The notes: generated from the letters alone by a model not told the origin. A stretch of DNA of 64,000 nucleotides from an uncultured Ulvibacter sp. (GCA_913063405.1 CAJXZB010000013.1:13317-77316), one strand, 5' to 3'; positions 10,727 through 20,109 are shown, counted from the first letter of the stretch. Program-made: numbers and translations.

Positions 10727-12961
10727 TTAAATTTTATATCGCAATCCTGCATAATAACTAGCTCCAAATATTGGGCCATAAACAAAGGTAGTATCAAAAT
10801 TTGGACTAAACGGGTCCTTACTACTAATTATTGGATTGTCTTGTTTCTCATTTGTTATGTTCTCCCCACCAATATATACTTCAAAATTGTGTGACAAAAT
10901 ACTAGTTACTTGAGCATTCAGCGTACCTACTCTCAACGAATATTCCCCCAATTGATAAGGAACTGGATTATCACTTGTCTTTGAAAAACGTTGTTTTCCT
11001 AACCAATTATATGTAGCATCAAATTTCCATTGAGAACCATCTTCATGTACTTGTGTTTCATAAGAAATATTTGTAAACACCCGATGACTAGGTGTTAAGG
11101 GCTTTTCAAGCTTACCAGAAGTATACTGTGTCTTAACATCATAATATTTATAAGCCATCCGTAAATCAACAGGTTCTAACAGGTTGTAATTGAATTCTGC
11201 CTGAAAGCTATTTGCATAACTCTCTCCATCCAAATTATAGAATTTCACTTCTTTTCGGTTTTCCCAGTCTACAACAACTTGATTCTGAAAATCGGTACGA
11301 TAGAAATCCAATGTTATATCTGCCTTCCTTCCGAAGAATATAAACCCTTGTAAATATGAAACGCCATAATTCCATGCAATTTCTGGATCCAAACCATAAA
11401 TACTTCCGCCCGAATCAATAATGTTTATGGCCCTTGCAGTAGAGAAAAGACCTTGATTCTCGGTAAAAATATTGGCACTTCGCTTACCTCTACCTATAGA
11501 AGCTCTGAAAGCCGCCTTCTCCCAAGCAGTATACCGTGCATGCAATCTAGGCGTTACGAAAGTCCCAAGTAGATTATGTGTATCTGCTCTAAGTCCTGCA
11601 GTCACATTTAAATCACCAAGATTATCATATGAGTACTCGAAAAATACGCCTACTGAATTTTCTGTTCTTGAGTAATCATCAGTAATTACTAACTCCTTAT
11701 AGTCATCGTATGTTCCGCTTATACCTGTCTTAAATTTATGTCTGGAATCTCCAATTATAGAGTTAAAAATAGCATTGGCATACAAACTATTATGTTCAAT
11801 ATTGTATTGCTTTAAACCAAAATACGACTCCTGATTGTGATTACTATAGGCTATTTGAGCACCGAGACTTTGATACGGAATTTCTGGATTAACATATCCG
11901 AACTTTGCAGAAACATCAAAACGTTGTGTACTAATTTCTCCTCCCCAATATTCCTCAGAAAACTTATGCAATGTTTGATCAAAATCTGTTTGTCCTATTT
12001 GCTTTTCGTCATTTAAATATCTGAAATTAATAAAGCTTACATAACCATTTTCTTGATCGGTATATTGCCAGCGATTCATCACATTTATTTGCCGCGCCAA
12101 GGGAATATCCAAGAATGAATCGTTGTTATTATCATACTTGGTCCCGCGCTGGTTTCCGTGAAGGTATAAACCTGTACTCCACTTATCAGTTATTGGTGTA
12201 TTGAGGTGTGTATTAAGTTCCACCCTTCCGTTAGCCGCACCGTACAAATTAACAAACAACTTATCGTCTGTGGTTGGCTTTTGAAGTTCTGCGTTTATTT
12301 GACCCGCGATGCTTTCAAAACCGTTTACCACACTTCCAGCTCCCTTCGTAATTTGAATACTCTCCACCCAAGTTCCAGGAATAAAGCTCAATCCATAAGC
12401 TTGAGCTGCGCCACGAATAGATGGAATATTTTCGGTAGTGATTAGGATATATGGATTTGTCAACCCTAACATTTTTATTTGCCTTGTACCCGTTACAGCA
12501 TCTGCGAAATTCACATCAATAGAAGGGTTTGTTTCAAAGCTTTCAGATAAATTACAACACGCCGCCTTTAAAAGTTCAGCACTACTCACATTTATCAAAT
12601 TTTGCGCTTGTAGAAAAGATCTAGAAGAGGCCTTTCTTTTGGTTCGAACCAAAACCTCGTCCAAACTTCCCTTAGGTCGCATTAGATAATGTACCATCGT
12701 TGGCTCGGTTATCATGATAGTATCTATTTCAAACCCTATATAACTTACAATTAGTTTTTTATATTCCTTTTTATATGGAATACTAAAGCTTCCATCTAGA
12801 TCCGTTACAGCTCCAATAGCGGTATCCATCCAAACAACGTTCGCGCCAGAAAGACCCACGTGTTCATCCTTTTCATTTGCTTCCATTATCATTCCTTTTA
12901 ACACATCCTGTGAGAATAAAAGTGTAGGGAACAACAATAATATATAGATTAACTTTTTCAT
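10727..12961 (-). CDS. TonB-dependent receptor, heavy-metal-operon type
   Basis: N-terminal CarboxypepD-like domain, plug with AACCNLSESFETN, C-terminal beta strand YAGLRYKI. Confidence 0.9.
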   Translation of the reverse strand: MKKLIYILLLFPTLLFSQDVLKGMIMEANEKDEHVGLSGANVVWMDTAIGAVTDLDGSFSIPYKKEYKKLIVSYIGFEIDTIMITEPTMVHYLMRPKGSLDEVLVRTKRKASSRSFLQAQNLINVSSAELLKAACCNLSESFETNPSIDVNFADAVTGTRQIKMLGLTNPYILITTENIPSIRGAAQAYGLSFIPGTWVESIQITKGAGSVVNGFESIAGQINAELQKPTTDDKLFVNLYGAANGRVELNTHLNTPITDKWSTGLYLHGNQRGTKYDNNNDSFLDIPLARQINVMNRWQYTDQENGYVSFINFRYLNDEKQIGQTDFDQTLHKFSEEYWGGEISTQRFDVSAKFGYVNPEIPYQSLGAQIAYSNHNQESYFGLKQYNIEHNSLYANAIFNSIIGDSRHKFKTGISGTYDDYKELVITDDYSRTENSVGVFFEYSYDNLGDLNVTAGLRADTHNLLGTFVTPRLHARYTAWEKAAFRASIGRGKRSANIFTENQGLFSTARAINIIDSGGSIYGLDPEIAWNYGVSYLQGFIFFGRKADITLDFYRTDFQNQVVVDWENRKEVKFYNLDGESYANSFQAEFNYNLLEPVDLRMAYKYYDVKTQYTSGKLEKPLTPSHRVFTNISYETQVHEDGSQWKFDATYNWLGKQRFSKTSDNPVPYQLGEYSLRVGTLNAQVTSILSHNFEVYIGGENITNEKQDNPIISSKDPFSPNFDTTFVYGPIFGASYYAGLRYKI

Positions 12962-13689
12962 TAGAAATACAATTTTAGAAGCATAACTAATGCCATAATT
13001 ATCATAGTACTATTCTCAATTAAAGTGGCCTCGGTCATTGGCAGCCTCAAGGCCGTCCCCAAGCAGGCGCATGGTATTGACTTCTTATCCAATAAGGTTC
13101 TTACTACGCCAAGCGTTGTAGCTCCAAGAACAATAATTGTCACTATTAAGGCAATGTCAACTTCAAAACGCATTAAGAACATAAGACCTAATGTCGTTTC
13201 AATAAAGGGGTATATCCATCCATAAGCAGGGATTACCTTTGCCAAAGGGTCATACATTCGAAAACTCTCTGGAAACCCTTTTAAATCGAGCATCTTAAAG
13301 AAACTAAAAACAATAAAGAACAATCCCATGAAATCTAGCATTGCTTCAGAAAGATTCCAATCTTTATAATTGACCAAAGCTACGGCAACAATTATATATA
13401 AAAGGATAAGTAATAGTGGTCTTAATTGTTGAAGTTTCGATTTTTCAGAAACTATTTCAGAAGTGTTCCCAAATATATTTTCTGTTGTTTTTTCAGAAAT
13501 GGTGTATTTCTCCCCTAATTCTTTTTGAAAAGTTTCCAGAAATATAGGCTGCTTCATTTCGATTTCGGCAATTTCTTTTTCTAAATAGACCGAAACCTGT
13601 TTCACGCCAGCCAAAGCACGTATTTTATTTTCTACGGAAGATCTACATCCATTGCAGGTCATTCCACTAATTTTATATGTATGTATCAT
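12961..13689 (-). CDS. HMA domain fused to a MauE/DoxX-like membrane domain
   Basis: GMTCNGC at the N-terminus, then TM helices with YPFIE and CACLG. Confidence 0.85.
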   Translation of the reverse strand: MIHTYKISGMTCNGCRSSVENKIRALAGVKQVSVYLEKEIAEIEMKQPIFLETFQKELGEKYTISEKTTENIFGNTSEIVSEKSKLQQLRPLLLILLYIIVAVALVNYKDWNLSEAMLDFMGLFFIVFSFFKMLDLKGFPESFRMYDPLAKVIPAYGWIYPFIETTLGLMFLMRFEVDIALIVTIIVLGATTLGVVRTLLDKKSIPCACLGTALRLPMTEATLIENSTMIIMALVMLLKLYF

Positions 13690-13753
13690 TAAATTCTATT
13701 TGATTATATAATGAATAATGCCTCCTATTTAAAACGAAGGTGTTTTCAAAAGT

Positions 13754-13771
13754 TACCTGCCTTCGCAGGTA
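13754..13771 (-). promoter_or_regulatory. GC-rich hairpin immediately after the HYC_CC_PP stop codon (possible attenuator or REP-like element)
   Basis: Minus strand reads TACCTGC-GAAG-GCAGGTA then ACTTTTG. Confidence 0.5.
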
Positions 13772-13775
13772 TAAA

Positions 13776-14183
13776 TCAAATTAAGAAAGTCTCGTAAAGA
13801 ACAAGGATATCTTTTAAGAGAGGTGGTGGATGATAATCCCCTAAGAAGTTTGGAGATTCATCATAATCAATTAATTCTTGAAGTACAAAAACCGAAACAA
13901 AGACGGCCACAGAAGGTTCATGAAAATTGAGGCCAAAACTGGCATTTGCAAAATTATCATCAACATCTACTTGCACATACTCATTGTCGCAACAGCTATG
14001 ACCTTCTGCCTCTTCTTTGTTGCAAGTCTTATCCTCCATTACCATTCCGCAGGAAAGGTTCTTTTCTCCAAATGTAACTTCTGCCATCATTTCAAAGTCA
14101 CCACAATAGTGCTTGGCATAAGTAACCCCCGTGCTACTTGCCAATAGCAAAAAGGAAAGAAGGGTGGAAAGTATTTGTTTCAT
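13776..14183 (-). CDS. HYC_CC_PP family protein
   Basis: Hydrophobic N-terminus, HYC, SCC and YHPPP motifs. Confidence 0.88.
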   Translation of the reverse strand: MKQILSTLLSFLLLASSTGVTYAKHYCGDFEMMAEVTFGEKNLSCGMVMEDKTCNKEEAEGHSCCDNEYVQVDVDDNFANASFGLNFHEPSVAVFVSVFVLQELIDYDESPNFLGDYHPPPLLKDILVLYETFLI

Positions 14184-14189
14184 CTCTTA

Positions 14190-14197
14190 CAAAAATA
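14190..14197 (-). promoter_or_regulatory. -7 promoter element 6 nt before the HYC_CC_PP ATG (leaderless or near-leaderless)
   Basis: TATTTTTG on the minus strand. Confidence 0.55.
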
Positions 14198-14203
14198 CAA
14201 AAA

Positions 14204-14234
14204 ATAAAAGAGTGAGAAATTCTCACTCTTTTAT
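14204..14234 (-). terminator. Intrinsic terminator after the PepSY gene
   Basis: ATAAAAGAGTGAGAA-A-TTCTCACTCTTTTAT inverted repeat. Confidence 0.8.
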
Positions 14235-14274
14235 CTTGATTATAACTATCTGTTAAAAATATGTTATTGACACT

Positions 14275-15519
14275 TTAATTTGAGCCTGTAACTCTCTTTT
14301 TCTTTATAAAATCGAAGAGGAGAATACAGAGGAGACTAATACCAAATAATGGAAAGACAATAGAGAGAATCCCAAGAATAATTACAATTCCATAACCTGC
14401 TTTAAACTGCTCCGGAACCAATGGCACTCCCCAATTTCCTTTTTGTTTTCGCTTTAAATAAGACACTAAAGCAGAAATACTCATAGTCGCCAACGCAATA
14501 CCCGTTAACAGCATAAGTATCCAATTCCAACGCCCAAATTGCCCCTGATGAAATGCCATAACCCACATTCTTCCGCGCATCAAAACACCCACATCTCTCC
14601 AATTATGTTTTAAAAGTTGCTTCCCAGTATATTGATCAAAGTGATACTTCTTTTGAGCACTCAAATCTGGAGTGGCATTAGAAACACTATAAACACCCTT
14701 TTTTCCCTTTGGAAAATCAATACTTACCTCTCCAGATAGTTCGAGCGCTTTGGCAATGGTAATCATATTATCCAAAGCGATTGGATTTTGTGCTTCATCC
14801 GACTCTAAATTTTTCGCATTCCAGGTTGCCGGATATCCCGTATTCGTTACTTTCTGAAACCATTTAAAGTTGTCTCCAAAGACATCTGTCCAAGGAAATC
14901 CTCCAGCCAAAACCATAAGCAAGAGTATTGAAATCCAAAATCCAGTAATTGCATGCATGTCCCTAAAAAAAGTTCTTCGGCCTGCCCTTATCCTTGGAAT
15001 AAAGAAACCTTTAAGCTGCCATCCTCTTCCTGGCCACCATATAAACAATCCTGTGAATATCAAAACCACCATCCAACTGGCAACAAGCTCAACAATTTTA
15101 GTTCCAAATTTACCTAGCAATAGTTCTCCGTGAAGCTTTCTAGCTTTGTACATTAAAGAGTGCTTCGGAATAACATTTCCAGAAACAGTTTTTTTATAAG
15201 GGTCAATAAACGTACTAGTTATATGTCCAAGTTTCCCTGAAATGAATTCCGTTGCTTTTGTTTCAGACTCCGGGATTATCATGGCGTTCGGTTTCTCAAC
15301 AGCATTCTCCTTTGCAATATTCCATTGTTGCTCAAATGATATTGGAGGGCCGTTCACGACTACTTCACGAATACTTTTTTGACGAGGTCCCTCATAGTCA
15401 CCTTCAAACAAATAGATCACTCCAGTGATAGAGATAATCAAGATAAAAGGTAGTGAAATGAGTCCAGCAATAAAATGCCATTTCCAGAGCCACTTATTTA
15501 ATTCTTCATTTTTTTTCAT
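14275..15519 (-). CDS. PepSY-associated TM helix domain protein
   Basis: WKWHFIAGL, KLHGELL, RDMHAITGFW, DQYTG and AFHQG motifs. Confidence 0.9.
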   Translation of the reverse strand: MKKNEELNKWLWKWHFIAGLISLPFILIISITGVIYLFEGDYEGPRQKSIREVVVNGPPISFEQQWNIAKENAVEKPNAMIIPESETKATEFISGKLGHITSTFIDPYKKTVSGNVIPKHSLMYKARKLHGELLLGKFGTKIVELVASWMVVLIFTGLFIWWPGRGWQLKGFFIPRIRAGRRTFFRDMHAITGFWISILLLMVLAGGFPWTDVFGDNFKWFQKVTNTGYPATWNAKNLESDEAQNPIALDNMITIAKALELSGEVSIDFPKGKKGVYSVSNATPDLSAQKKYHFDQYTGKQLLKHNWRDVGVLMRGRMWVMAFHQGQFGRWNWILMLLTGIALATMSISALVSYLKRKQKGNWGVPLVPEQFKAGYGIVIILGILSIVFPLFGISLLCILLFDFIKKKRVTGSN

Positions 15520-15568
15520 AATTCGAAATTAATGCGGCAGAGGGTTTCCCTTGCCACTGATTAAATGG

Positions 15569-17911
15569 CTAGAAATTATACTTCACACCTCCATGAAAGG
15601 CAATTGGGTTCCCAATCGTGTAACTATTTTCATTTCTGAAACGGTTATAAGAAGCTCTAACTGAATACAATTCATCAGTAATATTCAAGGCATGTGCCCA
15701 AATCTCAAAACACTTAAATCGATACGATGCTCTCACATTAAACACACTGTGTCCTTCATAAGTTGCCGTAGTGATTGTTCCATCTTCATGCTCCACCTGC
15801 CCCTTAAAACTGGTATTGTACTCGCCAACCAATTCGTGTTCGGTGGTAATTGAAAAGTTCTCAATAAAGTTTGGTTTGAATTTAATTGCAGACAACCCTA
15901 AAAGAGAAGGCGCTGTCTCGCGATCCGTGTCTGAATAATCTACACCTCTATCAAAAAATGTAACATACTCATGTCTTGCATAACTACCATTGTGCGAAAT
16001 CTCGACAGAAGGAATTGGCTTGTAGCTAAGTCCATACTCTACTCCAATAGATTGAGTTTCTCCAGCATTCGCATTAAAAAACTCATCGTTTTCATCGCGC
16101 AATGTCACTAATGTATTTTCACCATTCAACATATAAATTGCAGCATCCAATCTCAACTTATTAGCAATATTGAAATATCCACCAACTTCATAGTTGTCAT
16201 ACTCACTCGGCTTTAAATCAAAGACTTCTCCTCCTACACCAACAAAGCTATTTCTAAACAGCGTAGACGTTTGTGGTGGTGTAAAGCCGTTTGAATAATT
16301 GGCATATACTCCAGCATTCTTAGAGAAATTAAAGTTAAGACCTAGCTTAGGGGTAAGATTCTCATACTTCGTCTTCGTATCTTCCGCTCCGGCAATGCCG
16401 TCCACAAGATTGTCATAATCATAATCAAAACGGTCATAACGCAATGCAGCTGTTATCTTTAACTTTTCAATTGGAGAGATTTCATATTGAAAGTATCCGG
16501 CATAGTTCAAAATATCAGCGTTGTAATTAAGGATAAAGTCGCTTTCGTTCAAGACGAAATCCGTATTCTGCCCTGTTTCCACATCCACTAGAACACTTGT
16601 GGTTCTTGCCGAATAATCTTGTGGTGAGTAATCGACCGTCCCACCAAGAATCAAAGAAGAATTCATAAAACTGAAGCCCTTTTTATGTTGAATAAGCCCC
16701 ATAAAACTTTGAAATTGGTTTGAATTTACTTCACCAGAACCAAATCCAGTTAGCTGTCCCATAGACCGAAACTGACGAATACGGTAGGACGGGTTTTGAT
16801 CCATTCGATTGTTTCGATATACTGCATTGAAAGTAGTCTTATTTGAGACATTCCATTTCTTATCGAGTGTACTTCTAAATCTAAATGCCAATGCATCACG
16901 TTCGGTAAATGTTTGATCGCTTTCAAAATTTCCATCTGTATAATCTGCTTCACTCAAGGAACCCGTCATATCGGATCGGTAATCAATAAGATCGATTAAA
17001 TTCACCCAAGAAGAAGTAGCATTTACATTATAAACAGTTTTAAGGGTTGCCGAGAACTTCTCATAATCACTATACGCAATAGGACCGTCTTCTCTCTTCG
17101 TAAAATGAGTTCCTAAAAAAATTCCGAAGCGATCATTGGTATAAGTTGAAACCTCTGCCTCATAGCGTGTAAGTCCCAAATCATTAATTTGAAAACCTAC
17201 ACTTCCACTTAAATCTTTAGTAGGATTTTTAGTGATAAAATTAAAACTTCCTCCAATCGCCTCACTCCCGTAGATACTAGATGCAGGACCCTTCAATACT
17301 TCCACGCGCTCAAATGTTGTACTGTTCATTTCAAGCAATGCATTGTGATTAAAAACGGCCGTTGGTCGAATAGGCAAACCATCCTCCACATATAAAAACA
17401 ATGACTTGGTCGAAATAGGGCTACGAACAGATGTAAAATGTTGTTCGTTACTCGCCGCCCTTGAGGATGACATATAAACCCCCGGACTCTGATTTACAAT
17501 TTGCTCAATGCCAAATGGTTTGATTTCGTCAATCTCACTTTTGGTAATTACGCTAATCGCACCGGGAACTTCGCTACGTTTTTGTATTTCTCTACTTGCC
17601 GAAACTACCACCTCATCCAAAGATTGAGTATTAACTTCAAGCAGTATGGTGCTTGAATCATTGGTCAAAGCCATTTGTTTACCGTGAAAACCAACATGGT
17701 TAATTAACACCAAGGCATCCTCCTTTAAAGTAATTTCAAAATCACCGTTTAAATCGGTTAAGGTTCCATTAGATTTATCTTTCACAGACACAACTACTGC
17801 ACCAGTCAAAGGTTCATTATTTTGGTCTGTAACTTTTCCTTTGTATGTATTTTGAGCAAAGGAGATGAACGTTGTTAGCAAAGCAACGACCATAAAAAAA
17901 TTCTTTTTCAT
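15569..17911 (-). CDS. TonB-dependent receptor
   Basis: Start trimmed to ATG 17911 (signal peptide MKKNFF); LDEVVVSAS, ERVEVLKGPASSIYG, ends GVKYNF. Confidence 0.93.
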   Translation of the reverse strand: MKKNFFMVVALLTTFISFAQNTYKGKVTDQNNEPLTGAVVVSVKDKSNGTLTDLNGDFEITLKEDALVLINHVGFHGKQMALTNDSSTILLEVNTQSLDEVVVSASREIQKRSEVPGAISVITKSEIDEIKPFGIEQIVNQSPGVYMSSSRAASNEQHFTSVRSPISTKSLFLYVEDGLPIRPTAVFNHNALLEMNSTTFERVEVLKGPASSIYGSEAIGGSFNFITKNPTKDLSGSVGFQINDLGLTRYEAEVSTYTNDRFGIFLGTHFTKREDGPIAYSDYEKFSATLKTVYNVNATSSWVNLIDLIDYRSDMTGSLSEADYTDGNFESDQTFTERDALAFRFRSTLDKKWNVSNKTTFNAVYRNNRMDQNPSYRIRQFRSMGQLTGFGSGEVNSNQFQSFMGLIQHKKGFSFMNSSLILGGTVDYSPQDYSARTTSVLVDVETGQNTDFVLNESDFILNYNADILNYAGYFQYEISPIEKLKITAALRYDRFDYDYDNLVDGIAGAEDTKTKYENLTPKLGLNFNFSKNAGVYANYSNGFTPPQTSTLFRNSFVGVGGEVFDLKPSEYDNYEVGGYFNIANKLRLDAAIYMLNGENTLVTLRDENDEFFNANAGETQSIGVEYGLSYKPIPSVEISHNGSYARHEYVTFFDRGVDYSDTDRETAPSLLGLSAIKFKPNFIENFSITTEHELVGEYNTSFKGQVEHEDGTITTATYEGHSVFNVRASYRFKCFEIWAHALNITDELYSVRASYNRFRNENSYTIGNPIAFHGGVKYNF

Positions 17912-17962
17912 TTTGTAATAGGTTAAGGTTAAATAAATAGATAGATGCACTTCACAATTCTT

Positions 17963-18026
17963 AATAGAACCTACGCTCAATAGAACCTACGCTCAATAGA
18001 ACCTACGCTCAATAGAACCTACGCTC
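17963..18026. repeat. Perfect tandem repeat, 4 x 16 bp (AATAGAACCTACGCTC)
   Basis: Copies start at 17963, 17979, 17995 and 18011; no spacers. Confidence 0.97.
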
Positions 18027-18068
18027 GAAAGAATGAGCGCTGTGTTTACATTTTAATTTCGAAAAGAG

Positions 18069-18449
18069 CTATGCTTTTCTGGGAGGCGGGTATATTCTTT
18101 TTACAAATTTTGAAGTACTAATAAAGGAATAATTCCAGTTATTTTTTATCTGAAAATGAGTAAAGTTTTTATCAATTTTAGTATTGACTTCCTGAAAGAA
18201 AACAGGATAGAAAGCTTCTACAATTAAAGCCTGGGTGGCATCGTCAGACTCAGGAGTTTCATTTTGAAAGTTTAGTTGTTTTGATAAATGACAGCTTCCT
18301 CCACAAGATAGTTGAAGCCTGTCCTTGTTAATGCAATAGGTTTCAACAATATAATCAATATTCAGTTGAAAATACAGCACGTATCCCACCTTATACGCTG
18401 GGCGTAACGCGAAAGTTATAAATAATAAAATGGGGAATATTTTTTTCAA
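18069..18449 (-). CDS. Small Cys-rich protein with C-terminal PPP, upstream of the TonB receptor
   Basis: TTG start; hydrophobic N-terminus; YCINKD..SCGGSCHL; ends IYPPPRKA. Confidence 0.8.
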   Translation of the reverse strand: MKKIFPILLFITFALRPAYKVGYVLYFQLNIDYIVETYCINKDRLQLSCGGSCHLSKQLNFQNETPESDDATQALIVEAFYPVFFQEVNTKIDKNFTHFQIKNNWNYSFISTSKFVKRIYPPPRKA

Positions 18450-18463
18450 AAGTGAGACTTCTA

Positions 18464-19012
18464 CTATTTAATTTCGGAAGCCACTCTACCGCATTTTAGC
18501 ATTTTATCGCCAAAATAAGGGTTCTGAATATCCTTTGAATTGCTCAACCAATAGCCTCCAGTATTGTTAAAGGCCATAGGGCAAAACTGTTTATAAATTG
18601 TACCAGACTTCAAAGCGCCTTCAAGCATTTCCTCTACAGAATTTGTAACTGTAACAAAAGCTTCTCGTTGTGTTTCAACGTTCGTATCATTTTTAATTTT
18701 CTCAATCGCTTTAGCTGTCTCTTCATTAGCATTGCCCGAATTAGTATATGCAACCATTAATTTATCACAAGCTAAGGCAGCCAATTCAGAATTTGTATTT
18801 ACCAAGGCTGTTTTTAATTCGATATATCCGTTATAAACTGCAGCCACTTTTGGATCGTTAAATTCGGCTTCAATTTTAGACGAAGTGTATAACTTTTTTT
18901 CTTGGGTTGTTTCGATAGTAACAATTTCCAAATCTGTCTTCTTAGCGTCGTTCTTACAAGAGACAAAGGCAAAGGCAATGTAGAAAAGGTAAAGTAGGTA
19001 ATTGAGTTTCAT
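18464..19012 (-). CDS. DUF3347 domain lipoprotein
   Basis: ATG 19012; lipobox FVSC; CPMA..GGYWLS..NPYFGDKMLKCG. Confidence 0.88.
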   Translation of the reverse strand: MKLNYLLYLFYIAFAFVSCKNDAKKTDLEIVTIETTQEKKLYTSSKIEAEFNDPKVAAVYNGYIELKTALVNTNSELAALACDKLMVAYTNSGNANEETAKAIEKIKNDTNVETQREAFVTVTNSVEEMLEGALKSGTIYKQFCPMAFNNTGGYWLSNSKDIQNPYFGDKMLKCGRVASEIK

Positions 19013-19051
19013 AGGGCAATCTTTTTCAAACAAATATACCAAAAATTGTAA

Positions 19052-19477
19052 TTACTTATTCTTCTGAAAATAAAAAGCAGGTATCAATATTAGAAGCAAT
19101 AGCGGTTGAATTAAAAAGCGTCTTACATAGAAAAGTGCCATGTGTTGTCCCGTTGCTTCAGAAGAAGCTAGAAAATAAAAGGTAACAAGTAATGCAATGA
19201 ACAAAACTATGTACAATAGTGTTGCTAACTTTAAGATCTCTATCTTCTGAAAAACAATCCACATAATCCCTAGTGAAACCGTAGTATTCATTAAATAGCG
19301 CCAGGCAATATTCGCAATAAGCTTAAAGCTTTCAAATTCTGGAAGCGCCTTATTACTTTTGGTTGATTTGAAGAAAGAAAGAAAGGGATCATAGAATAAG
19401 GAGTCTTCAAACCCACGAATCGCCAGCAATAGACACCCCAGCAAAACGATCAACACTAGTTTATTGATTCTATTCAT
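19052..19477 (-). CDS. Exosortase F system-associated membrane protein
   Basis: FYDPF and FYVRRFLIQP motifs; overlaps the xrtF stop. Confidence 0.85.
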   Translation of the reverse strand: MNRINKLVLIVLLGCLLLAIRGFEDSLFYDPFLSFFKSTKSNKALPEFESFKLIANIAWRYLMNTTVSLGIMWIVFQKIEILKLATLLYIVLFIALLVTFYFLASSEATGQHMALFYVRRFLIQPLLLLILIPAFYFQKNK

Positions 19478-20021
19478 TCTCTTTGCTATTTGAAGTTAAC
19501 TTCCGTACCCAAAGCATCCACAGTAAGAAGACCATTCCGTAGATAAATGCTGGGAACACCACGCCATGTAAAACCTTCTCTTGCTCTGGATAATGATGTA
19601 AGGCAATAGATAAAATTACAATACGTATAAGATTCACTCCATAAATAAGAACGGAACCGCCGAGTAAAAACAACAATGTTTTTTTAAAACTTTGTGCGAA
19701 TGCAACTATAAAAGCCACAAACAAAATAATGATGCTTAGCGAATTACAGCCCTCGATAATACTTCCTAAAAACTCCTTGTCAATAAACAATTGCATCTGT
19801 GGATGTAAATTATGAGGCACTATATCTGCTTGATAACCAAACCCAGAAATGATAGCCACACTTTGCTTTGCAACCAAATAAGTTACAAAGTCTGGATGAT
19901 ATCCTCCCTCTTTAGAAACTTGTAAATACAGTGAATAGCAAAAACTTAACACCAAATAAGTGCCTAGAAAAAGCAATACGAATTGGATTACGCCTTTGTA
20001 TTTTGTAAGTAATTCTTTCAA
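19470..20021 (-). CDS. xrtF: Exosortase family protein XrtF
   Basis: IIEGCN (catalytic Cys), NLIRI (Arg), LHGVVFP (His); multi-TM. Confidence 0.88.
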   Translation of the reverse strand: MKELLTKYKGVIQFVLLFLGTYLVLSFCYSLYLQVSKEGGYHPDFVTYLVAKQSVAIISGFGYQADIVPHNLHPQMQLFIDKEFLGSIIEGCNSLSIIILFVAFIVAFAQSFKKTLLFLLGGSVLIYGVNLIRIVILSIALHHYPEQEKVLHGVVFPAFIYGMVFLLWMLWVRKLTSNSKENE

Positions 20022-20109
20022 AAATTAAAATCTAGTTTTAACAAAAATAGAGCATTGGGTTTTAGATTTTCAAGTCCTTTTCAGATACTTTTGTAGAAAA
20101 TAAATCACA

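Noticed and set aside
17912-17980. N-terminal extension of the TonB receptor from a TTG inside the repeat
   Set aside because: A proper signal peptide starts at ATG 17911; the extension looks non-coding
17963-18026. CRISPR array
   Set aside because: 16-bp units are contiguous with no spacers and there are no cas genes
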